NCBI GenBank assembly: GCA_963723515.1
Contig: CAVRQT010000003.1
Coordinates: forward strand, 288,001-352,000
From: Vulcanimicrobiota bacterium
GTDB taxonomy: Bacteria > Vulcanimicrobiota > Vulcanimicrobiia > Vulcanimicrobiales > Vulcanimicrobiaceae
DNA: 64,000 nt
Direction: 5' to 3'
Below are positions 54,126-62,937 of this stretch, in pieces. The position numbers and the translations under genes are program-made. The notes beneath the pieces were generated by a model. It was not told where the DNA came from. It was given only the letters and a program-made list of their open reading frames with translations, and did not search any database. Numbering within the stretch: position 1 is the first letter of the stretch; the number at the start of each line of letters is the position of its first letter.

Positions 54126-54794
54126 TTAGAGCCGCCCGTCGTTCAATTGCACGATGCGGTTTGCAAACGGCGCGATGCGCATGTCGTGCGATGCAATTAA
54201 GACGGTCGTTCCGCGTTCGCGCGCAAGTTCTCGCAGCAGTCCCGTGACGGCAAGCCCGTTTTCCGCATCGAGCGCGGATGTCGGCTCGTCCGCCATGACG
54301 ACATCCGGCTCGGCGACGAGCGCACGCGCGATCGCAACGCGTTGCTTCTCGCCGCCTGAGAGATCTCGCGGCAAGCGATCCAATTGGCGCTCCATCCCTA
54401 GCCGTTCCATCAGTTGTTGCGTCTGTTCACGCGCTGCACGACCGCGAACGCCGCGCGCGTGCAGAGCAAGCTCGACATTCTCACGTGCGGTCAGCGCTTT
54501 AAAGAGGTTGAAGTCTTGAAAGATAAAGCTGAGATGTTTGAGCCGAAAGCGCGCCTTTTCACGCCGATCCAACTTCGTGATCTCGACGCCACGCACGACA
54601 ACACTTCCACCCGTTGGCGAGAGAATGCCGCCTAAGACGAAGAGCAGCGTCGTCTTTCCCGAGCCGGACGGCCCCATCATCAAGAGAATTTCTCCATCCG
54701 CAATTTCTAATGACACGCCTTTGAGCGCATGCACCGGACTGATACCGTTCGGGTACACCATGTTGACGCCGGAAGCCGCGATTGCGGCGCACAT
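54126..54794 (-). CDS. ABC transporter ATPase (LolD/DevA-like)
   Basis: GPSGSGKTT, LSGGEKQRVAIARAL, ADEPT. Confidence 0.92.
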   Translation of the reverse strand: MCAAIAASGVNMVYPNGISPVHALKGVSLEIADGEILLMMGPSGSGKTTLLFVLGGILSPTGGSVVVRGVEITKLDRREKARFRLKHLSFIFQDFNLFKALTARENVELALHARGVRGRAAREQTQQLMERLGMERQLDRLPRDLSGGEKQRVAIARALVAEPDVVMADEPTSALDAENGLAVTGLLRELARERGTTVLIASHDMRIAPFANRIVQLNDGRL

Positions 54795-54801
54795 TGCGAT
54801 G

Positions 54802-55974
54802 CTACGCTCGAAACGCCACTGCGGGATCGACGCGCACGACGCGCTGCATCGCGAACGCTGCCGCGATAACGCACATCGCGAGCGTTAAGATGAAGACGAC
54901 TCCGGCGGTCAGCGGCGTGATTTGAATCGCTACCCCGCGATGCGACGCGATCGACGCGATCAAGAAGCTCAAGAGCAAACTCGGAATGTACCCTAGCACC
55001 GCCATGTAAACCGCTTGACGAATGATCACGCCGTAGAGAAAGCGATCGGCGGCGCCGATCGCGCGCAGAGTGCCGTACTCCTTCAGGTGTTCGCTGACCG
55101 AAACGTAGAGAATCTGCCCGACCACGACCGCACCGACGATTAGTCCCAAGAGTGCGGTTAAGGTCAATGCGAATCCAATGCTCGTGCGCTGCAGCCAATA
55201 GCCGCGAGTCATCTGCACCATCTCTTGACGCGTCAAAGCGCGCGTGCCCGGGACGGCTTTTTCAAGCGTCGTCTTTAGTTGCGCGATACGCTTATGGTCG
55301 CGAGCCGATATGAGGATGAACGTAATCGAATCCGTGTCCGCAAGCGGTGAGGGGCGCGCTTCATTCGCCGGCGTCAAGAACGACAATGCCGAAGGAGCGT
55401 ACGCGTTCGCCGTCTCCAGCGATGTATAAAGGAAGGTCGGCGATACGATCGACTGCGTGGCATGCGTCAAATGGACGAGGCGGGCGCGAAAGCCGCCGAT
55501 CGTCCCTTGTTCGCCGACTCGCACATCTAATGCGCCCATCTGTGAAGCGTCTGTAAAGAACGTGTACGGCTCTCCAAGCTGACGAAGCTCGCGCTGCGTC
55601 ACGTTTCCGGGCGCGAAGAGGACGCCGTTCGGATCGAAACCGACTACGCGGCTGGCGCTGAGCGTATCGTGCGGGCTTCGCCAAAGCGCCTGGCGCAGGA
55701 TCATCGGTTCGGCGCGAGCGACGCCGGGAACGGCACGCGCCTTAGCCAGTTCCGCGTACGGCAGCGGCAGCGTCACTTCCAAGAAAGCCATCTCTTTGGC
55801 CGCCAGCCACACATCCGCTCGGGACTCTTCGATCAAAAGGCTCGTCGAGCGAATGAAACCGTTGTAGATTCCAGTTTGCACCGTGAGCAACGTAACGGCG
55901 AAGACAACGGCACAAAGCGCCACGATAAAACGTGGCAGGTCCGCGAAGAGATTTTTTCGCGCCAGCACGACCAT
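54802..55974 (-). CDS. ABC permease (FtsX/MacB/DevC-like)
   Basis: LARKNL, ADVW, EYGTLRAIGA, terminal RVDPA..FR. Confidence 0.88.
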   Translation of the reverse strand: MVVLARKNLFADLPRFIVALCAVVFAVTLLTVQTGIYNGFIRSTSLLIEESRADVWLAAKEMAFLEVTLPLPYAELAKARAVPGVARAEPMILRQALWRSPHDTLSASRVVGFDPNGVLFAPGNVTQRELRQLGEPYTFFTDASQMGALDVRVGEQGTIGGFRARLVHLTHATQSIVSPTFLYTSLETANAYAPSALSFLTPANEARPSPLADTDSITFILISARDHKRIAQLKTTLEKAVPGTRALTRQEMVQMTRGYWLQRTSIGFALTLTALLGLIVGAVVVGQILYVSVSEHLKEYGTLRAIGAADRFLYGVIIRQAVYMAVLGYIPSLLLSFLIASIASHRGVAIQITPLTAGVVFILTLAMCVIAAAFAMQRVVRVDPAVAFRA

Positions 55975-56093
55975 GCGTTGGCTGGGCCGTTCGCGACAGT
56001 TCAGGCGCACTACTGCCGAAGTTAGCATGCTTCTCTGGAAAGCAAAGGACGCGGGGATGAGTGCGCGCCGCTCTCGCAAAAAAGCCCGTACCG

Positions 56094-57110
56094 ATGCGCG
56101 TGCATGAGCGTGAGCCGTGGTTTATCGCCTACATCGTTGCGGTCATATTGCTGATTTTGCTCGATGTCGGCGTTCGTTTTTGGCAGCCGAGTCCGACGCG
56201 TATGCCGGCCCAGTTTTCCGCCGCATATCTCGATCGGATCAGCGCGGAACTCGTTGCCAAGCACGACTTAGTGCTTGCGCTCGGCGACTCAGTGTTATGG
56301 GGTTACGGCGTCGACGCAAACGATGCAGCGATGTCGGTTCTGCGCCGTGAGTACGGCAGCGCGGATCTCGTTAACCTTTCCTTTCAAGGCGGGAGTCCTG
56401 AAAATAGCTACGTTCTGTTGCGCTCGCTGCTCGAGCGAGAAGTGCGCCCGCGTCTCGTTCTCTTCAACGTCAACCTGAAAGAATTCAATCCTGCCGATCC
56501 GTCATATCGTAAGCTCTTCCCGGCAGTTGAAGATGAAAACCGTGACCAACTGGATTTCGCCGACCGCCGGCTCTTGCAGATCAATCCGCAAAGCCATGCG
56601 CTGAGCGCATTGTTGGATCAATATGTCGGGCGCTATTGGGAGCTCTACCACTTTCGCTCCGACATCAAGCAGGCGATATTCGGTCAAGACGACATGGCGC
56701 GTTGGTTAACGGCGCGGCTCGAAGATGTGACCGGCACCAATGCGCGTCGCGCGGCGGCCCATCGTCCGACGGCGGATCGCTTCATCGGCACCTACGATCT
56801 CACGCCCCTTGGGTCGACGAACGTCGCATTTCAGTATTTGGAGAAGACGATGCGGCTCTTGAAGACCTACCATGTCCGCGCGATCGCATTTTTGACGCCG
56901 ACGAATCACAAGTTGTTGCACGAGTTCATCGACACACCCGAATATGACGACAATGTGGCGGCGATTCGGCGCCTTGCTGCGCGCTACGGCGTTCTGACGC
57001 TCGATCTCGACCGCGCCGTCCCAGCGGCAGAATTTATCGACAACGATCACCTCACGGTGCAAGGCAACCGCCGCCTTGCGCAGCTGCTCGCGCCGCACGT
57101 CCGCCTCTAA
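56094..57110 (+). CDS. Membrane-anchored SGNH/DltD-like protein
   Basis: TM helix, LGDSV, FIDNDHLT. Confidence 0.7.
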   Translation: MRVHEREPWFIAYIVAVILLILLDVGVRFWQPSPTRMPAQFSAAYLDRISAELVAKHDLVLALGDSVLWGYGVDANDAAMSVLRREYGSADLVNLSFQGGSPENSYVLLRSLLEREVRPRLVLFNVNLKEFNPADPSYRKLFPAVEDENRDQLDFADRRLLQINPQSHALSALLDQYVGRYWELYHFRSDIKQAIFGQDDMARWLTARLEDVTGTNARRAAAHRPTADRFIGTYDLTPLGSTNVAFQYLEKTMRLLKTYHVRAIAFLTPTNHKLLHEFIDTPEYDDNVAAIRRLAARYGVLTLDLDRAVPAAEFIDNDHLTVQGNRRLAQLLAPHVRL

Positions 57111-57183
57111 AAGGGGACAAACGGCCTTTCGAAACCGTTATTCTCTCGTAGCCGGAATCGACGGCTTAACTAAGGAGGTCATC

Positions 57184-57636
57184 ATGAAGACAAGCGCACG
57201 CAGCATCCTCGTCGCAGTGATCTTGGCGTTAGGCTTGACTCAGCTGGGCGCAGGTACCGCAAGCGCGCAAGCGGTCGATCCGCGCTTTCAGACAGCACTG
57301 TTGAGCCTGTATTACGCTCGATGGATGCTAACGCACACCAGTGCGGTGCGGGCCAACTATTACAGCTATGAACAGGGAAAAGCGCAGATCTATCAGGCGA
57401 TTAGAAACCTCAACGGCATCATCAACGTGCCGAACTATCGGTATGCAGTTCCGCAATATGTTCCAAGCGGAGGCGCGAGGTTGCACGCAGCCCTCGGCTT
57501 CCTTCAGACCGCGGATCAAAACTTAGGAGCGCCGACACCTGTGCCGCGCTGGGATGTGCACCGTAATGCGTCCTTGGCGGACACACGCGCAGCGATCGGC
57601 AGCATTAACAACATCATCGCAGCCTGCCGCTGTTAG
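57184..57636 (+). CDS. Secreted hypothetical protein
   Basis: AAGGAGGT RBS; signal peptide ending ASA. Confidence 0.75.
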   Translation: MKTSARSILVAVILALGLTQLGAGTASAQAVDPRFQTALLSLYYARWMLTHTSAVRANYYSYEQGKAQIYQAIRNLNGIINVPNYRYAVPQYVPSGGARLHAALGFLQTADQNLGAPTPVPRWDVHRNASLADTRAAIGSINNIIAACRC

Positions 57637-57647
57637 AAAGCGGACAG

Positions 57648-57686
57648 AAAAAATGGCGGTCGCGTAATACGCGCCGCCATTTTTTT
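57648..57686. terminator. Bidirectional intrinsic terminator
   Basis: AAAAAATGGCGG..CGCG..CGCG CCGCCATTTTTTT between convergent genes. Confidence 0.85.
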
Positions 57687-58104
57687 ATGCGTGCAAGTTC
57701 GGGCCTTGGCTGCAGATGAGGGCGCTTAAGACGACCAGCGCCCAATTCACGGCATGCGATGTCCAGCAGTACGGGCAGACCGTTTTCGACACAAAGATGA
57801 GGCGGTACGCTAAATACAGCGACGTAATTGCCGCCGCCGCAACTGCGACGAAGATGAGCGTCCAAATTACGGGGCCGCGCGCGAACCAGATCACGATCGC
57901 TATCGCGATGTAGAAGAAAATTCCAAACAGCGAATTCGGTAGCCCGAAAAAAAGACGCGCTGCGGGACTCTTGACGACGCTCTTACCTTTTACTTTGCCG
58001 GCTTCAGCGAGCAGCGACCTGTGAAACATGTGCGTCGAGACGTACAAGCCGGCAGCGCACAGAAGATCCACGAGGATCTTGAGGATGAGGACCGTCATTC
58101 GCAT
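57685..58104 (-). CDS. Vitamin K epoxide reductase family membrane protein
   Basis: VVKSP..RLFFGLPNS, CPYCW..H; the N-terminal loop Cys pair is not evident. Confidence 0.8.
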   Translation of the reverse strand: MRMTVLILKILVDLLCAAGLYVSTHMFHRSLLAEAGKVKGKSVVKSPAARLFFGLPNSLFGIFFYIAIAIVIWFARGPVIWTLIFVAVAAAAITSLYLAYRLIFVSKTVCPYCWTSHAVNWALVVLSALICSQGPNLHA

Positions 58105-58110
58105 GCGTTC

Positions 58111-58785
58111 TTACCCACCATCCACGTTCGATAGCACATCGTCGATCGTGCCGGCGTCCAGCTCATTCAGATCCTTAAGAATGCGTGCCGCTAGTGAAAG
58201 CGCATCTTTGTCCGGCGGAAAGTCGTGGTTGGGAATAGCGACAACCGCTAGCCCGGCTGCATGCGCCGATCGGATGCCGCTGCCGGAGTCTTCGACGGCC
58301 GCCGTGCTCTTTGGTTCAGCCTTCATGATGTCGATCGCACGAAGGTAAACATCCGGCGCCGGCTTTCCGTGCGCAACCTCGTCCGCCGAGACCACGACGG
58401 AGAAGAATTTTTCCCAGGCGGTCTCGCGCAGCACTGTTTTGGCGACGGCAAGCGCCGCCGAAGTAGCAACGCCGAGGCGAAATTGGGACGCTAAGCGTTC
58501 GAGCGCCGCGGTTGCTCCGGGAAGGAGCGGGACATCGTCCTGCATGCGCTTGCGGACAATGTCGACCACCTGTTCGGCGATTTCATCTGGTGGCAGCGCA
58601 ACACCGAGCTCCTCGTGCATGTACCGCGCCCACTCCTGCGTGCGCATGCCCATCATTTTCTTTTGCGCATCATCGCGCCAACGGCCGCCGTGCTCAATTG
58701 TGAAGTTGTGGCGCACGTCGCGCCAAATTTGCTCGCTCTCGATCAGCGTTCCGTCGAGATCAAAGATAACAGAGTATTGCGTCAT
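58111..58785 (-). CDS. HAD-family phosphatase
   Basis: FDLDGTL, GKPAPDVY, VEDS. Confidence 0.92.
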   Translation of the reverse strand: MTQYSVIFDLDGTLIESEQIWRDVRHNFTIEHGGRWRDDAQKKMMGMRTQEWARYMHEELGVALPPDEIAEQVVDIVRKRMQDDVPLLPGATAALERLASQFRLGVATSAALAVAKTVLRETAWEKFFSVVVSADEVAHGKPAPDVYLRAIDIMKAEPKSTAAVEDSGSGIRSAHAAGLAVVAIPNHDFPPDKDALSLAARILKDLNELDAGTIDDVLSNVDGG

Positions 58786-59054
58786 TCCGGGGCGCAGGCG
58801 ATCATGGGATGCACCCTTGGGCATCAGCCCCGGTCGGTGGTATGAGTTCAATGGGCACGTTCACTACGTCATCAAAGATCCCGAGACCGGCACGATGGAT
58901 CTTCGTCAGCCGCTAGAGGGGCGCTTCAGCGCAGGCTAGCCGTAAGTATAGTCCAAAGCCGCCGGCACGCCGCCGGCACGCTGCTCCGTTATCGTGAGGG
59001 AGCGCCGCCTGAACTTTGGACTTACATCCTAGCCGGCGTGGAAAGGGATTTTCT

Positions 59055-59549
59055 GTGAAGCAAATTCTGGCTATCTTTATTTTGGTGCTCGTTGCAATAG
59101 CGCCAGCTGGCGCACAACCGATGGGTGGGATGGGTGCCATGGATTACTACGTCGGAACGTGGACGTGCGTCGGCGGTCCAGTCTCTCAGCCTTCGGCTCA
59201 AGCGACTGTCACGGTTGTCAAGAACGGCGGCGTTTTGAATTCAAGTGTGTCAGTTCCGGTGCAGCCGGGGATGAAAGCCGCATACTATTCGACTTTTGCA
59301 ATTTCTTACGACGGCAAGGGTCGCTATCTTCAAACCACGCTCGATAACTACGGAGCCTGGAGCGTATCCTATGCCCCTGCGTGGACTGGGAACACGGAAG
59401 CATGGACCGATCTTACAACGAGCGACGGCAAGCCCGGACACGGCGAGACGGTTCGCACTGATAACGACCATTACACGTATACGGGTTACGGGACTCCGAC
59501 GGGCACGGCGCCGACCTTCAAGATAGCGTGCCAGCGCCAATCCTCGTAA
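59055..59549 (+). CDS. Secreted hypothetical beta-rich protein
   Basis: Signal peptide, YYVGTWTC, C-terminal Cys. Confidence 0.7.
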   Translation: MKQILAIFILVLVAIAPAGAQPMGGMGAMDYYVGTWTCVGGPVSQPSAQATVTVVKNGGVLNSSVSVPVQPGMKAAYYSTFAISYDGKGRYLQTTLDNYGAWSVSYAPAWTGNTEAWTDLTTSDGKPGHGETVRTDNDHYTYTGYGTPTGTAPTFKIACQRQSS

Positions 59550-59572
59550 CGAAGTAGCACGTCCGTTAGCTT

Positions 59573-59600
59573 AGCCCCCGTTGACAAGTTCAACTGGGGC
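59573..59600. terminator. Hairpin between convergent units
   Basis: AGCCCCCGTTGA..TCAACTGGGGCT. Confidence 0.55.
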
Positions 59601-59645
59601 TACTGAATCTGCAAGAAACTGTAAATCAGGCGGTTTTCAGTTTAA

Positions 59646-60652
59646 TTGGGATGACCGGGACTCGAACGCTCAGCTGTCGTTATGACGCTAGGACTTGCCT
59701 CGCGTTGGCGCGGCGTGCGTCGCGATAAGAGCCCTTATTCTTGCCGCAATAGGTTTCTGTCTGGCTGTGGCAGTTTGGGCATAGTAAACGAAGATTTTCT
59801 AGTCTATTATCCTGGCGGTTGCCATTTACGTGATCGAGGTGCATCTCTAACCTCCGGGCGCGCCACTCCTTGATGCCGCACTGCGAACAACACAGATCTA
59901 GTCGATTCTCTCTAAGTAATTTGGCTTTGAGTTTAAATGTTCCACCGAAGTAGGGACTGTTCTTTACGAGTATCTGGGCCAGCGGCATTTTGCGGGCCCA
60001 ATCGTGAGTTTTGCCTCGAAGATGCCCTCTGCCGGTCCAGTGGGCGGTATCTAGGTGAAGCTTATCGATCATGTGGCGCAGGCTGACGTAGTTGCCGCCT
60101 GCAGGCTTAAGGTGAAGGAGGCGAAGCGCTTCAGCGGCAGAGTGCGCAGCTGCAACCGCTGTCGCAATCCTTTCATTTCTTGCAGACTCCACGCATCAAG
60201 CTTATGCCAAGCTTGTGCCATACGTATGGCATTTTGAGGATAACCACCGTGCGCCGCGTGAATCACTCAAAGAGAAAAGCGCTTGCAAAGGCATCGGGTT
60301 GGACACGTCTGTGCTTGGTGATAGGTTGCCTAAGCGAGTGCGCGGTGAACCGCGTGTGCAAAACGCCTCATTTGTCGCGATTGCTGTTGGACGCGAGATC
60401 AACATCGCAGACTTCTATGTCAACCTTCAGCGAGTTTGTCGGCACTGAGAACGTTAGCTATGTTGAGGCCTTGACCACGTGACTTCACCGCGAGACGGTT
60501 GCTGTCAGATCGTTGAGACCGAGCCGTCCATCGCCGGGCGCGCGCCTCAAGAGGATGAGAAACTGTCTTTTTTAGGAGTGACGGGCAAATAGTCGAGCAG
60601 CGATAGACAAATCATCGCGACCTAAACCGCTTGGGATGACCGGGACTCGAAC
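59646..60652 (-). mobile_element. About 1-kb islet at the tRNA-Leu 3' end bounded by a 22-bp direct repeat
   Basis: TTGGGATGACCGGGACTCGAAC at 59646-59667 and 60631-60652; encloses an HNH gene; no integrase seen. Confidence 0.75.
59680..60192 (-). CDS. HNH endonuclease with zinc-binding CxxC pairs
   Basis: CSQCG..LDHVNGNRQDNRLENLRLLCPNCHSQT; helical N-terminus with GGNY. Confidence 0.9.
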   Translation of the reverse strand: MESARNERIATAVAAAHSAAEALRLLHLKPAGGNYVSLRHMIDKLHLDTAHWTGRGHLRGKTHDWARKMPLAQILVKNSPYFGGTFKLKAKLLRENRLDLCCSQCGIKEWRARRLEMHLDHVNGNRQDNRLENLRLLCPNCHSQTETYCGKNKGSYRDARRANARQVLAS

Positions 60653-60939
60653 CCGGACGCCCTCTCGGGCGACAGATTTTCACACCACTATAACTTTCGT
60701 TACCGCTCGCGTCTCAGCAAGAGCGTTTGTGGTCCGGACTGTGCCTTGACCCTAAGTTGCCCCGTAGGCCGCGCCCGTCCAGTCTCTACACCTTCGCGAT
60801 CGTAGCATCGCGCTTGGCTCGGCGTTGTCACGGCCCTTGCCAGAGAGTCCGCCGAATTTGAGCGCATCCCAAGATGCGTTTCCATCACCTTGGCTCAACG
60901 TTGCAAGTCTGTTGTGTCTACCGATTCCACCATCATCCC
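60632..60939 (-). tRNA. tRNA-Leu(UAA) split by a group I intron (exon 1 60939-60905, exon 2 60680-60632)
   Basis: Joined GGGATGATGGTGGAATCGGTAGACACAACAGACTT|AAAATCTGTCGCCCGAGAGGGCGTCCGGGTTCGAGTCCCGGTCATCCCA; anticodon stem ACAGA/TCTGT; long variable arm. Confidence 0.93.
60681..60904 (-). ncRNA. ORF-less group I intron (IC3-like, 224 nt) between U34 and A35
   Basis: TTGAGCC guide region, AAATTCGGCG, AACGCCGAGCCAAG, GAAGGTGTAGAGACT, AAGGCACAGTCC, terminal G. Confidence 0.92.
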
Positions 60940-61084
60940 ATGCATCGGACTGTTCGAGCGTTGCTTCCGCGACGCCCGTACACCTCGGCAGGGCTATCGC
61001 CGCGCCATCCAAAAGCGACGCCAGTTCCCCGGCAGGCTAACGTGTCAGCCGGGATTCGTCTTGTTTTAGGAGGCCACTCGGCGC

Positions 61085-61875
61085 GTGAAGATCGTCGTGA
61101 CCGTCAAGGTCGTGCCGGATCCAAACAGCATCAAACGGATCGATCCGAATACCAAGCGGCTCGTTCGCAGCGGCGCCGACAATGTCATCAACCCCTACGA
61201 TGAATATGCGCTCGAAGCGGCACTGCAGCTGAAAGAGAAGCTTGGCCCTGAGACGACCGTCAGCATCGTCAGCATGGTGCCGGAAAACGCGAAGGAAGTG
61301 GTCCGCAAAGCGCTTGCGATGGGGGCCGACGATGCGGTGATGTTGAGCGACTCTGCGTTCGAAGCCAGCGATGTTTGGGATACCGCGCGGGTTCTGTCCG
61401 AAGCGATTCGCAACCATGGGTTTGACCTCGTCATCTGCGGCGGACTGTCTGATGATGGAAGCACCGGCGCCGTCCCAGGCGCGCTTGCGCGAACATCTGC
61501 GGCGTTCCGGGACTCACAAACGCGCGTCACATCGACGTTGCCGATGGCAAGCTAACGATTCAGCGCGAAACGGATAGCGGTTATCAGGTCGTCTCAGGTC
61601 CGTTGCCTGCGATGGTCAGCGTGACGATGGGTGTTGGGGAGCCTCGTTACCCATCGCTTAAGGGCATCATGGGCGCGAAGAAAAAAAACATCGCGATGAC
61701 CTCGCATTCCGACCTGAGCGTCGATGACGCGCTCGGTGCAAATGGCGCAAAGACCGAATTGCTCGAGGTTGCCGCCCCTGCTGCACGCGAGAAAGGCCAA
61801 ATCGTCAATGCGAGTGACGGCGCCGAGGGTGCAAAGGCCATCTTCGACTTCTTGCAGCAACGCAAGCTGATCTAA
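61085..61875 (+). CDS. etfB: Electron transfer flavoprotein beta; apparent frameshift near 61490
   Basis: VKVVPD, NPYDEYALE, ALAMGAD, EPRYPSLKGIM. Confidence 0.92.
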
Positions 61876-62862
61876 ATGCAACACGTCGTCATCTTCGCCG
61901 AACATCAAGGCGGGCACACGCGCAAAGTCACCTACGAACTTGCAACAGAAGCGCGACGACTTGCCGACGCGGTCGGCGGAAAAGCGCACGCGATTGTGCT
62001 GGGGAACGGCGCGAGCTCGTTAGCGGAGCAGCTCAAGCGCTATCCGCTTGATGTCATCCACGTAAGCGAAGATGCGGATGTCGATAAATTTCTTATCGAT
62101 CCGGTCGTCGATTACGTTGAGGCGCTCGCGCGTGATTTGGGGCCGTCGATCGTGCTCGTGCCCAATACGATGTATGGACGCGACATTGCCGGACGTTTAT
62201 CGGCGCGGCTTGGTTGCGGGCTCACCTCCGACGTCACGGACATCAAAATCGAGGGCGGTAAAGTCGACTGCATTTCGCCGAAGTTGGGGGGCGCCGCGAT
62301 CACCACGTGCACCTTCAAAAACAGCGACTACGCCGTTATGACGGCGCGGCCGAATGCGTTTGCGGTCGAAGCGGGCGGCGGGTCTGCGCAGGTGCAGCAA
62401 TTGGAGAAGCCGGCCGGCAGGTCGTATCGGATGGTGATCGAGCAAGATGTCGAGGAGGGCTCCGGCGAGCTTGGCCTGGAGGAAGCGCCTGTCGTGGTAG
62501 CGGGCGGGCGAGGCCTCGGCGGTCCTGAACCGTTCCAAACGCTCTTAAAGCCTCTTGCCGATGCCTTGGGCGGTGCTGTTGGCGCCTCACGAGCGGCAGC
62601 AGACGCCGGCTGGGTGCCCTACAGCCTGCAGATCGGCCAGACCGGCAAGACCGTCAGCCCGCCCCTCTACATCGCGATCGGGATTTCCGGGGCCATCCAG
62701 CACAAGGTCGGCATGCGAACGGCGGGAACGATCGTCGCGATCAATAAAGATGGCGGGGTCCCGATAGGAGAGTTCGCCGATCTGCTCGTCGTGGGCGATC
62801 TCTTTGCGATTGTTCCGGAGCTCACCAAGCTCATCCAGGGAGCGAAAGCAGCCCACGCGTGA
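61876..62862 (+). CDS. etfA: Electron transfer flavoprotein alpha
   Basis: GGRG, GASRAA, QIGQTGK, GISGAIQH. Confidence 0.95.
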   Translation: MQHVVIFAEHQGGHTRKVTYELATEARRLADAVGGKAHAIVLGNGASSLAEQLKRYPLDVIHVSEDADVDKFLIDPVVDYVEALARDLGPSIVLVPNTMYGRDIAGRLSARLGCGLTSDVTDIKIEGGKVDCISPKLGGAAITTCTFKNSDYAVMTARPNAFAVEAGGGSAQVQQLEKPAGRSYRMVIEQDVEEGSGELGLEEAPVVVAGGRGLGGPEPFQTLLKPLADALGGAVGASRAAADAGWVPYSLQIGQTGKTVSPPLYIAIGISGAIQHKVGMRTAGTIVAINKDGGVPIGEFADLLVVGDLFAIVPELTKLIQGAKAAHA

Positions 62863-62937
62863 CAAACGCCCCGGCTCGGGCGTTATATTTCTCGAAAGCC
62901 ACTATAGTTGAATGCCACTATAAAGGAAGTTATTAGT

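Noticed and set aside
58800..58939. Small gene fragment ending WYEFNGHVHYVIKDPETGTMDLRQPLEGRFSAG
   Set aside because: It looks protein-like but has no clear in-frame start or family assignment.
60215..60600. Additional gene or integrase remnant inside the HNH islet
   Set aside because: Only short ORFs with no recognisable recombinase motifs; cannot be supported.
60688..61040. Short ORFs over the tRNA-Leu region
   Set aside because: They overlap the tRNA exons and ribozyme core and show no protein motifs.
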